Source: the human T2T-CHM13v2.0 reference genome, Homo sapiens. From it: 64,000 nucleotides of DNA. The stretch lies in the NCBI RefSeq assembly GCF_009914755.1, contig NC_060947.1; one strand, written 5' to 3'. Positions 51,847 to 64,000 of this stretch are shown here, one piece after another; positions within the stretch are counted from its first letter, which is position 1, and each line of letters starts with the position of its first letter. Under the pieces are notes generated by a model, which had not been told where the DNA came from, ran no database searches, and saw nothing but the letters and a program-made list of their open reading frames with translations. Position numbers and translations under genes: made by a program.

Positions 51847-54800
51847 GGCGTAGATGTCTGACTAGACAGCCAGGAAGTACTGCTCCCACCGAGAGACCAA
51901 AATATGGAGTAAACCAACATGCTTCAAACACATCTTCAGAGAGAAAACACTGAGAATCTATAGAGAGACAATATAAATATTGAGGCCAAAGAGGGAGGAA
52001 GTAGGGAACCCTACATGGAACTGCAGAGGACCAGGATGAATTCCCGGCCCTGAATGGCTCCTAGGGAAGAGATGAGTGAAATGATGGCAGGGCAGCCCAC
52101 ACTCGCTGTGGACTTCTGGAATCCTAGCTGCAAAGATCCTATGATCCCTCACCACCATAGGCATTTGAATTGTAAGGGATATCTGCCTGAAGAGTAGGCA
52201 GAGACAGAGCTCCGAGTTGCATGGAGACCAGGAAAATTTGCATGCCAGACCGAGGCAGCACAGCACAGTCATAGGTGCCCGTCCCCCAAGGCTCCCCATT
52301 TTCCTCTGAGTACCTCTAACTCCAGCTGACCGGTGGGTCAAAGACAGCAGAGCCATCTTTCCCACAGGATTGTGGTGCCTCTGTCCTAGAAGCGCCCCCT
52401 GCCTGCCAGCCCCTCCAAATTCCCCTCCCTAGCCACTCTAGCAGGAACATGTGCACAGCACAGCCTCTGATGCCCAGCCTGGGTGCTTTGCCATTGGTTC
52501 CCACTGAGTGCTTTTTTGGTGGCCTGGGAGCACTTCAGATCCCCCAGGACAGCTAGTGCTTAACCCAAAGGGAATAGAAGATAGAGCTACAGGCCTGATC
52601 CCAATGCCCTAGCGTTTCGGCACACAGACGGGGAGTACCAAGCTGAAATATGTGGCCAGTGCTTGAGTTGAGGAGGAGCCCCCATTCTCAGAATACTGGA
52701 AAGGGATGAGATGCAGGTTTGTGGGCCTGTGTGGGAGTGGGGTGTGCCTCCCTCCTCAGGGTCGGCCCCAGAAGGATGTAGCCTGTATGCCAACCATGGC
52801 CCCTGCCTGAAGGAGTCCCACAGCCCAGAACACATGAAAAAGAAAATGTGGGGGTGGCACCAGTGATTGGAAGGGGCTCTCCTAAGGCCCTGGAGTAGAC
52901 CTGGAGAGAGGATCTTCTCTCCCCCTTCTCCCAACACAGAGCACCACTATGAATATGCTGAAATATAAAAGAGCCAGGTGACTTAAGAGTCTGTCTGCAG
53001 TCTATTGCTCTTAAGTCCATCTACTGGATTGGGGCCAAAATGACAACACCAAAATATTCTGCTAGTATACCGCACCTGTGAAACTCAGGGCAAGAATCTG
53101 GCTACAAATAAAGATCTGGTACAGAGCCTTGGCCCTCAGAAAGCATCGAGGAATGAAGACAATTGATGATACTCAACTTATACTGAAGCTAAATCCTCGA
53201 CAGAAGTAAAGACTAAAAAACAAAAAGTCAAAAATACAAAGAAACACCAGAAATCTCAGAGGAGGAACTTCAAGAACTTTGATGATTCAAAAAGTCAGAG
53301 TGCCCCTTATGTTTAAACTAGCACCCTAGTTCCCCAGCAATGATTCTTAACCAGATTGAAATGACTGACTGAAATAACAGACATAGAATTCAAAATCTGG
53401 ATAGAAAAGAATCTCATCAAGATACAGGAGAAGGTAAAAACCCATCCAAGGAACCCAAAGGATCCAGTAAAATGGTGAAATGGTTGAAAGATGAAATAGC
53501 CATTTTAAGAAAGAACCAATCTGACCTTTGGGAGTGGACATATTCACTACAAGAATTTTATAGTATAGTTGAAAGCATTAATCGCAGCTGAGGAAAAAAT
53601 CTCAGAGCTCAAAGACCAGTTCATCAAATTTACCCCGTCAGACAAAAATGAACAAAAAAGATATAAAAAAAGACAAAACCTCCAAAAAATGTTATTATGT
53701 AATAAGACCAAACCTATTTTTTATTGGCATTTCTCAGAGAGAAGGAGAGAGAGAAAGCAACTTGGAAAATATATTTGAGGATATACTCTATAAAAATATT
53801 TGCCATCTTACTAAATAGGTTGATACAAAATCTCAGTAAATACAGAAAACCCTTGTAAGACTACTATAAAAGATGACAATTCAAGGCACATGTTATTAGA
53901 GTCACCAAGGTCAATGAGAAATTTAAAAATCTGAAAGGCAGCTAGAGATAAGGGTCAGGTCACTTACTGAGGGAATTCCATCAGGCTAGCAATCAAACTT
54001 CCAGCAGAAACCTTACAAGCCAGAAGCGATTAGGGACTTTTATTCAGCATCCTTAAAGAAAAGAAATTCCACCAAAAAGTCAAAATCCCAACAAACCAAG
54101 CTTCATAAGCAAAGGAGAAATAAAGTCCTTTTCAGACAAGGAAATACTAAGGGAATTTATCACCACTAGATCAGCTTTATAAGAAGTCCTTAAGGGGGTG
54201 TTGAACACGGAAATGACAGAAAGATGTATGCTACCACAAAAACACTTAAGCACAAAGCCCACAGGTACTATAAAGCAACTATACAACCAACTCTACAAAA
54301 CACTCAGCTAATAACATGATGTCAGGATCAAAATCGAACATGTCAATGAATGTGAACAGTATAAATGTCTCCATTAAAAGGCATAGAGTGGCAAGTTGGA
54401 TTAAAATATAAGAACCTATTGTCTGCTATCTTTAAGAGACCCCTCTTACATGTAATGACACCCACAAGCTCAAAGTAAAGAGATGGAGAAAGATCTATAA
54501 TGCAAACAGGAAAAAGAGAAGGAATCATTATTCCTATGTCAGATGAAACAGACTTTAAACCAGTAAAAATTAAGAAGGACAAAGGTGGGAACTACATAAT
54601 ACAATACACCCCACTGATGGTATTAGACAGATCATTGCGGCAGGAAACTGACTAAGAAATTCTGGACTTAAACTCACCACGTGACCAACTGGAACTAAGA
54701 GACATGTTCAGAATCTTTCACCTAACACTACAGAAATATATTCTACTCATCTTCACACAGAACATATTCTAAGAGTGAATGAACACATGCTTGGCCATAA

Positions 54801-57800
54801 AACAAATCTCAATAAATTCAAAAAATTTAAAATTATATCAAGTACACTCTGCAATAACAGTGCAATAAAAATATAAATCAATACCAAGAAGACCTCTCAA
54901 AACCCCACTACTATGTGGATATGAAACAACTTGCTCTTGAATGACTCTTGAAATAACCATAAAATTAAGGAAGAAATCAAAACATCCTTAAAACTAATAT
55001 AAAGACAAAACTTATGAAAATATTTGAGATAATGTTAAAGCAGTGTTAAGAAGGAAGTTTATAGCTGTAAATGCCAACATGAAAAAGTCAGAAAAATCTC
55101 AATTTTAACAACTTATCATTGCACCTAGAACTAGAATAAAATAACAAACCAACCAGAAAGCCAGCAGCAGAAAACAAATAAATAAAATAAGAGAAGAATT
55201 GAATAAAATTGAGATGCAAAAATACATAAAAAGATCAATGAAACCAAAAGTTGGTTTTGCAAAAGAATAAATAAGATTGATAGACTACTAGCTAGATTAA
55301 CAAAGACAAAAGTGAAAATATCCAAATATACACAGTCAGAAATTTAAAAGATGACATTACAACTGATCCCACAGAAATACAAAAGATACTCAAGAGACTA
55401 CTGTGAAAAATTCTATGTGTAAAAATTAGAAAATCTACAATAAATGAATAAATTCCTGGAAAAACACAACCTCCCAAGACTGAACCAGAAAGAAAGTGAA
55501 AGCCTAAACAGACCAGTAATGAGTTCTGAAATTGAATAAGCAACAATAATTTTAAAAAACCTACCACCCACAAAAAGCCCTGGACCAGATGGATTTACAG
55601 CCTAAATTTGCCAGCTATATAGTGAAACTATTCCAAAATATTGAACAGAAAGTACTCCTCCCTAAATCATTCTATGAAGCCAGCCTCATCCTGATACCAA
55701 AATCTGGCAAAGCAACAATGGGGAAAAAAAAAAAAAACACTTTAGGCCAATATTCTTGCTAAATGTAGATGCAAAAATCAACACAATATCTGCAAACCAT
55801 ATCCAGCAGCACATCAAAAAGTTAACTCACCATGATAAAGTAAGCTGTATTTCTGCTATGCAAGACTGGTTCAACATATGCAAATCAATAAATGTGATTC
55901 ATCACATTAACAAAATTAAAAACATAACCATATAATCATCTCAATAGATGCAGAAAACACTTTCAATAAAATCCAACATTACTTCATTATAAAAACACTC
56001 AACAAACTAGGCATTGAAAGAACATACCTCAAAATAGTAAGAGCCATATATGACAAACACACAGCCAACATCATACCGAACAGGTAAAAGCTGGAACCAT
56101 TATTTTTGAGAACTAGAAGAAGAAAAGAATGCCCACTCTCACCACTCTTATTCAACGTAATACTGGAAGTCCTAGCCAGAGGATCAGGCAAGAGAAAGAA
56201 ATAAAAGGCATCAAAATAGGAAAAGAAGTCAAAATATCTCTCTTCACTGACGATATGATTCTATACCCAGAAGACCCTAAAGACTCTGCCACAATGCTCG
56301 TAGAACTGATAAAAAGACTTCAGTAAAATGTCAGGATAAAATATCAATGTACAAAAACCAGTAACATTTATATACATGAGTAACATAAGGATTGAGCCAA
56401 ATCAAAACGCAATCCCATTTTTAATGGCCACAAAAAATAAAATACCTAAGCATACATCTAACCAAGGAGGTGAAAGATCTCTGTAAAGAGAATTACAAAA
56501 CACTGCTGAAAGAAATCAGCGACAACACCAATAAATGGAAAAACATTCCATGCTCAAGGATTAAAGGAATCAATATTGTTAAAATGGCCATACTGCCCAA
56601 AGAAATGTACAGATTCATTGCTATTCCTAGAAAACTACCAATGTCATTTTACACAGAATTAGAAAAACATATACCATAATTTATATGGAATAAAAAAAGA
56701 GCCTGAATAATCATAGTAATCATAAGCAAAAGGAACAAAACCAGAGGCATCACGTTACCTGATTTTAAACTATACAAGAAGTCTACAGTAACCAAAACAG
56801 CACGGTTCTGGTACAAAAACAAACACAAAGACCAAAGGAACAGAATAAAGAATACAGAGATAAAGCTGTACACTGACAACCATGTGATCTTTGACAAACT
56901 CAAGAAAGTAAGGAATGGGGAAAAGGCTCCCTATTCAATAAATGTTTCTGGGATAACTGGATATTCATATACAGAAGAATAAAATTAGAGCCTACTTATC
57001 ACCATATAAAAAATAACTGAAGATGGTTTAAAGTCTTAAACGTAAGACCTAAAACTATAAAAACTTTGAAGGATACATAGGAAATACCTTTCTCAATATC
57101 AGTCTTGGCAAATAATTTATGGATAAGTCCTCAAAAGCAACTGTAACAAAAAAATGTATAAGTGAGATGTAATTGAACTAAATAGCTTTTTCACAGCAAG
57201 AGGAACTATCAAAGAATTAAACAGGCAACCTATTGAATGGGAGAAAATATTAACAAACTATGCATCTAACAAAGGATCAATATCCAGAATCTGTAAGGAA
57301 CTTAAACAAAAGAACAAGCAGAAAACAACTAACCCCATTAAAAAGTGAGCAAAGGACGTAAATAGACATTTCTCAAAAGAAGACATACAACCGATCGACA
57401 CACATGAAGAAAATGCTCATCATCACTAATCATGAGAGAAATGTGAACCAAAACCAGAATGTAGCACCATCTCACACCATTCAGGATGGCTTTGGATGAA
57501 AAGTCAAAAAATAACAGATGTTGGCAAGGCTTCAGAAAAATGGGACACATACACTCTTTGTGGGAATGTGAATTCGTCCAGCTACTGTGGGAAACAATTT
57601 GGAGATTTCTCAATGAACTAAAAGTTGAACTACCATACAACCTAGTGATCTCATTACAGCATATATATCCAAATGAAAATAAATTTGTCTACCAAAAACA
57701 CATATGCACCTGTATGTCCATTGCAGCACTATTCACAACAGCAAAAACATGGAATCAACCCAGGTGCCTATCAGCAGTGAACTGGATATAGAAAATGTAC

Positions 57801-59058
57801 ATATACATCATGAAATGCTATGCAGCCATGAAAAAAAATCATGTCCTTTGCATCAACATGGATTCAGCTTGAGCACATTATCCTAAGAGAACTAATGCAG
57901 GAACAGAAAACGGAATACTTTATGCTCTCACTTACAAGTAGGAGCTAAATATTGGGTACACATGGACATAAATATGGGAACAACAGACACTTGCGACTAG
58001 TAGAGGGGCAAGGATAAGATGGTGGCAAGGGCTGGAAAACTACCTAATGTGTATTATGCTTGATACCAGTGTAATAGGTTCAATCATACTGAAACAGGAA
58101 AAGTTCTCTTGTGCCCCTCACAGGGCATGCAATGGGGGTGTGGCTCATTTCTTCAGTGCCCCACTGCTCAAACCTCTAGGGGAGAATACAGATGGGCAGG
58201 CTGTGGGGCTCTGAACCCATGGCAGTGTCTAGGGGTGCATGTTTACAGCTGAAGCCCCAGTGGATGTGTGTTACAGGGTTCTCTTTTAGTTTAAGCTACC
58301 ATAGGTGGCTGTGTTAGCTCAATAAGACCCCTCCCTTATCGCAAGGACAGAGGGCTTTCTGTATCCCAGGGTTCTTGCCTTGTTGTACCAGAAGAAACAG
58401 ATTACATGTGGGCTTGGAGAATGAGTGCAAGGTTTTATGAATGGAAGTAGCTCTCAGCAGATGGGGGCGCCCAAAGGGAGATGGTTTTCCCTTGGAGTTG
58501 GGCTGCTCAGTGGCTTGGGCCCTCCTCCAACTGACCCTACCAAACTCTGCCTCGTTCCACCGGTTGATGGCCTGCCGGCATGCTAGCATGCTCCCCTCAA
58601 CGTCCTCTCCACATCTAGCTGCTCCGGTCTTCTACTGATATGTTCCTCTTGACTTCCAGCCACTTGTGTGTTCCTCTGCTGATGTGTTCCTCTTGCCGTC
58701 CAGCCACCTGTGTGTCTGCCTGCTAGGGTGTCAGGGTTTTCATAGGCACAGGATGGGGGTGTGGCAGGCCAGGGTTGTCTTGGGAAATGCAACATTTGGA
58801 CAGGAAAACAAAAGTGCCTGTTTTCACCTAGGTCTGTGGGCACAGGCCCAGGAGTGGAGCCCTAGCTAGGGACCATGCCCTTCTCTAACCAGCACTTCCC
58901 TTCCCCCATGCAGTATCATTTAAAGATATCACACCCTTCCCTTCCCAGCACTTCCCTTACCCACTTCCATGTCAGTTCCCCAAACCTCAGCATCATGCAA
59001 TATACCTCTGTAACATTCTTGCACATGTACTCCCTTATTCTAAAGTAAAAGTTTAAAA
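51847..59058 (+). mobile_element. Full-length L1PA13-16-like element (disrupted)
   Basis: GC-rich 5' UTR from ~51850; ORF1 remnants at 53340-54230; ORF2 fragments (FTDDMILY at 56129..56326; [15 protein letters not shown] at 56470). The 3' end reads ccccaaacctcagcatcatgcaatatacc. Confidence 0.88.
58090..58974 (-). mobile_element. ERV1 solo LTR (LTR1/LTR27/LTR28-like) in the L1 3' UTR
   Basis: TG...CA termini (tgaaacagg...ccatgtca), GC-rich, and the host 3' UTR rejoins across it. A ~40-bp internal duplication lies at 58877-58974. Confidence 0.78.
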
Positions 59059-60599
59059 AAGAAATCAAAGTACTAAATAATTGGAGTGACATACCATCTC
59101 CTTGGATTGGAACACTCAACACAGTAAAAATGTTACTTCTCCCAAGTTTGAGCTATATACTGGACATCATTCCAAAGAAAATACCTGCAAAAATTTTTAC
59201 AGATATAGACAAGCTATTTTTAAATTTATATGGAAAGACCCCAACAATTATTATAGCAAAAAATAAAAAAAGATTAAATTTGTAGGAATAACATTACTTT
59301 GTTTTAAGACTTAATTTAGAGCTGCAGTATACAAGATGGTATGGTACTGACTAAGAGATAGGAACACAGATAAATGGACAGAAGAGATAGTCAAGAAAGA
59401 GATTGAAATAGGCTGACACTGATATGGCCAATATATTTTTGACAAAGGTGCAAAAGCAATGGTTTTGGGACACTGGATATTCATATGCAAATAAGTTAGC
59501 TTTGAGGAAAACCTCATACCTTTTAAAAAAATTAACAAAGAATGAGTCACAGATTTAAATGTAATATGTACAATTATAAAACTATTAGAAGAAAACACTG
59601 GAGAAAACCTTTGTGACCAAGAATTAGACAAGGTGTTCTTAGTCATGAAACCAAAAACACAATCAAGAAAAGTATAGAATAATAAATTTGATTTTATCGA
59701 ATTAAAAACATGAGTTTGGCAAAACACACCTCTAAGAGAAAAATATATAGGTTGGAGACTTGAAGAAAATGTTTTCAGAACATCACTTATGTGACAAAAG
59801 ATTTGTATCCAGACTGTATCGATAAGTCAAAACTCAACAGTAAGGAAGCAAATATCCCTATTTTAAAGTGGGCAAAATACTTGTACACTTCACCAATGAA
59901 AACCTATAAATGGTGAATAAACATATGAAAAGACCATGCAGTAACATTATACATCTATTGGAATGGCTAAAACAAAATATACTGACAATATCAAGTGCTA
60001 ATGATAGTGCATAGCGACTGGAATTCACATACCTTGCTGGTGGGAATGTACAATAATATACCCACATTGAAAAAAAAATGTAGGTTCTTAAAAAGTTAAA
60101 CATGCACTTACTATATGACTTACTGATCTCATTCCAAGGTACTTACAAAAGTAAATTGAGGAATTTTCCTCACAAAAATATCTGTATATAAATGCTTTGA
60201 GCAGCTCTGTTTATAATTGCCAATAACTGGAAACCACCCTAATGCTCTTCAATGGATGAATGAATAAACAAACTGGTATATCCACAAAATGGAATGCTCC
60301 ACAGCAATTAAAAGGAATAAATTATTTATACATGCAAAAATTTGCATAAGTCTCCAGGGAATTATGCTAAGTGAGGAAAGTTAATCACAAGTAGTTATAA
60401 TCTATATGATTCTATTTATATGACATAAAGACTGGCTATATTCTTTATGCATTTATGTGCAACAAAAAAAATGCACACCCCTTTGTTCATAAACTATTAA
60501 TAAATTCAAAAACATTTTAGTGCAGAACAAGAGTAAGGATCTTCTAGACATGGAACTGTACAGGTTGCATAGTTGTGACATGGGCTGTTGTGTGATATT

Positions 60600-62440
60600 C
60601 TCAAAAATAGAAAACTAGAGTGATAGATAACAGATTATTAGTTGGTAGTGGTTAAGGGTGGGAGAAGATAACTACAAAGGCACAACAGGAGGAAATTTTG
60701 GCTATGATGCAACTGTTTTGTATTCTGTCTGTGGTGGTGGTTTCATAAATCCTTACATGTGTTAAAATTTATGTAATGTCTACCACAAAATTCCATTTTA
60801 CTGTATGTTAACTTAAAAATATAACTAAAAAATGAAAACTATCGAAAAATAGATCACTAACTCAAACCTAAAAACTAAAGAAAACAGAAGAGAAACTTTT
60901 GTAACCTTACGACAGGCAATGTTACTTAAACACATACAAAAAGCACTAACTGGAAAAGTAAAAATTGACAAATTGGACATCAACATTAAACCTTCTCTTC
61001 AAAAGACTTCATTAAGAAAATGAAAATGTAAGCTCAACCAGGGGAAAAATAGTCACAAAGCATTTACATATCAAATATCTTATGCATAGAATATTCAGCA
61101 AACTTTTACGATGTAATAATAAAAGTACAAGCAACCCAACAAAATATAGACAAAATCTTGGACAAACATTTCACTAAATAAAATGCACTGATAATCAATA
61201 AGCACATGAAAATATGCTAAGTGTAGTTAGTAATGAAATGCACATTAAAATTAGCAAGACATGCCTCTTCACAGCTACTAGAATGACAAAATGTAAAAGA
61301 CTGACAATATCAAATGTTGGGGGTAATATGGGCCAAAGAAACTTTCACTCACAGACAATTGGAAAAGTAAATGGTAGAGATGCTTTGGAAAATATTTTGG
61401 CTGCTTCTCAGAAAAAAAATCATAAACATCATAACATCATGTGACCCAGCAATTCCATCTCTAGGCATTTATCAAGAGAAATGAAAGGATATATCCATAT
61501 GACTTGTATATAAATAATTATGGCAACTTAATTCATAACAATCCCAAATGGGAAACAACATACATGTCCATCCATAAGTGAATGGATAAATAAATTGTAT
61601 ACATCTACAAGCGAATCTCATTCAAAATTAAAATGAACAAACATGGATACATGCAGTAACTTAGATAAATCTCAAGGCATCAGTGCTGAATGAATGAAAC
61701 CAGTCTCAATAAAAGTATGTAGGGTATGATTTCATTCAAATTATATTATATAGCTTACAAAACTACCTAACAGTGATAGTAATTAATAGTGGTAGTAATA
61801 ATCTGTTTACCTGAGTAAAGGTAGGAGAGGGGATTGACTGAAAGGGAAGAGGGGAAACCTTTCTGAAGCAATTGAAATATTCTACATCAGTATTTGGTTG
61901 GTGGATAAGCAAGTGTATATATTTGTCAAAAATTATCATTCTGCCTAAAATATGTGATTTTTTTAATCACATGTAAGTGGTACTTCAAAAATGTCAATTA
62001 AAATTACAAGGTGAAATAAAGTGTTTTCAGAAAAATATATACAAACACTAAGAGAAATTGTTATCTTCAGAACTGTAATACTAGAAGGTATTTTTTTCAA
62101 ACAGGAGAAAACTAATCACAGATAGAAAAATACTGTTTTTAATAGAAATTTAAAAGCACCAGTAAAAATTAATATCTCTATAAGTAGAAAAGATCATTGA
62201 CTATTTAAAACAATAATACAAACATCTTATGGAGTTTAAAATACAGTTAAATTCTAAATACATGGCAACAATACCCAAAATGCAGAATAAGTAAATGATG
62301 TTAAAGTGTTTTAAAGTCCTTACATTGTCTGGGAAGCAGTAAAGATACTATTTTAAAATAGGCATTAATAGGTCAAGGCATGTTTTGAATTCTAGGGTAA
62401 ACACTAGAACAGTAGGAACATGTATACTTAAAGAAGAGGA
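60600..62440 (+). mobile_element. Several L1ME-type fragments
   Basis: Degenerate ORF2 C-terminus (ORF 61214..61444), gacccagcaattcc and 3' UTR motifs. Confidence 0.65.
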
Positions 62441-63740
62441 TGCTGTGATGTGCCTCCCAGACACCATTCTTTTCAGGACTAAAACACTCATTTCCACAGC
62501 TGATGGGATTCTTGATTGCTGACAGCTTCAGGAATTGCTTTCAGTGGACAGAAAACATCTCATTCAAGGTCATATGCACTTCCTTGGGGCAACCTGCATC
62601 CAATGACTGTAAAATGAAGGGATACATAGGCCAGGATACTGTTGCCGCAATTTGAGACAAGTCTGTTGAGCCATCCCAGCTTCACAGCTTCTTGTGAAAT
62701 TGACTGAAACCTTTTTATCACAATTCAACTTCCCTTATTGCCCTATCTAGCTTAATTCACATCTGCACAGTTGTGGATTATGGGGGCACATCTCAATAAA
62801 ATTTCTGCATGCAAAGTTCCTTTTCGAATTTCTTTTCTGGGGAACCTAACCTATGACACTTGGTGCGAGGAGTGGCTGGAGGAAGCAGACCATAAAATAT
62901 ATATTTGCAGTTGGGTCACTCACTGGCCAGTAATCAATGTGAATCCCATCACTGGTAGTGAGAGGGTATAGGCCCCAGCATGTGGTAGTTTCATGGTGTA
63001 AGAGGATGCACTAGTAAATTGAGCTGTACACAGGGACTGGTAATTATATGGCTGTTACTAAAGCAATTGATGCCTTGAAGATAATGAAAGGCTGACTGTG
63101 TTTTTGGCTAATTTTGAAAATGAGTGAATTTCCCTTGTTGCATATCATGAGCTTCTCATCTCTTACAGACATTAGAAAGAAAAAAAAAAGCAAAGCAAAA
63201 GCTTACTTATAAAAATTATAATTGCAGAACTTTAGAGGACGTTGAATTCCCAGCAACAGTAGCAAGTCTGCTATGCTCAATTTGGAAACATGATTGGGAA
63301 GATTGGGACTTTGAGGGATTGGATGTGGGCATCAGGATTGATGCACTAGACAATCTTAAATCTCTATATTTTCTGAAACTTTGTGGACCTGCGATATTTG
63401 CTCCCTGTTCTCTGTTAAAGGCTAGAACTCTATTCTTGCCTTAACATGATGCAAAGTCCTCTGTCTTGCAAGACAATACACGCCGTCCTTTAAGATCTAG
63501 CCCCATTTCTCCTTCTGGTTACCAGATAATGAAGATTAAGTCATAACATAATCCTGTTAGGAAAGTCCCTGGTAAACTACAAGAGAAAAGGACATCAAGG
63601 AGCTGTAGCACCTAGGCAACATATACAAGAACTGGACTAGTACGTACGGGAGTACATGAGGTTGCTAGATCAAGAGGACTGGAACACAAGCTTGTGTAAG
63701 GGAAAGTAATTTGATATAACAGATCTCCACCATGAACTAT
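62441..63740 (+). mobile_element. Ancient ERV-L: LTR16-like LTR (62441-62858), PBS-like site (62861-62878) and internal gag-region remnant (HERV16-like)
   Basis: The LTR ends caataaa...ctggggaacctaacctatgaca, followed by tggtgcgaggagtgg. The segment gcaagtctgctatgc...gattgggaagattgggac resembles the HERV-L gag at ~45710-45770. Confidence 0.7.
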
Positions 63741-63749
63741 GAAATACAT

Positions 63750-63962
63750 AACTTCATTGATTTATTGCAGGAATGCAGGATTAGTTTAACATTTAAATAT
63801 CAATGGCATTAATTTACCAAACTAACAAAGTGAAGGAGAAAAACATCATATAATCATGTCAATATCATTTACTAGCCTAAGCCCCCAAATTATGCAATAT
63901 ACCCATTTAACAACTGGCCCACGTACCCCTTTACTCTAAAATAAAATTAAATACAATAAACT
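63750..63962 (+). mobile_element. L1 ORF2 fragment followed by an L1PB-like 3' tip
   Basis: caggaatgcagga...aaaacatcatataatcatgtcaata, then attatgcaatatacccat...gtacccc...aaaataaaa. Confidence 0.6.
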
Positions 63963-64000
63963 TTTTAATGTTAAAAAAATCAATGACTCAGTGATTTTAA

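Larger units (their letters stand above)
43270..60430 (+). mobile_element. Fragmented old L1M (MC-like) host: pieces ~43270-44939, 51313-51846, 59060-60430
   Basis: ORF1, ORF2 and 3' motifs are collinear across the inserted Alu, HERV-L and L1PA elements (e.g. gatgaaa|gaaatcaaag rejoin). Confidence 0.7.

Overview
This is AT-rich primate (probably ape or human) genomic DNA, inferred from Alu, L1PA3-like, L1PA7-like and MLT2A elements. It consists almost entirely of nested transposable elements: LINE-1s of many ages, a complete MST MaLR element, a near-complete HERV-L provirus with MLT2A LTRs, several solo LTRs, four Alus, MIRs and a MER2 DNA transposon. I found no intact protein-coding gene, RNA gene or CRISPR array; all recognisable ORFs are decayed L1 or ERV-L fragments. 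The most notable sequence-level observations are: an L1PA3 3' transduction carrying ERV sequence (14-bp TSD, own ATTAAA signal); a twin-primed inverted L1 sitting inside the homologous part of an older L1; a 63-bp inverted copy of nearby DNA inside an MLT2A microsatellite; an ORF0-like antisense ORF; four co-oriented MLT2A LTRs; and weak signs of a decayed minus-strand multi-exon gene in the two non-repeat islands. I see no convincing wholly new biological system. Subfamily names come from recalled consensus features, not a database search, and boundaries of old elements are approximate.
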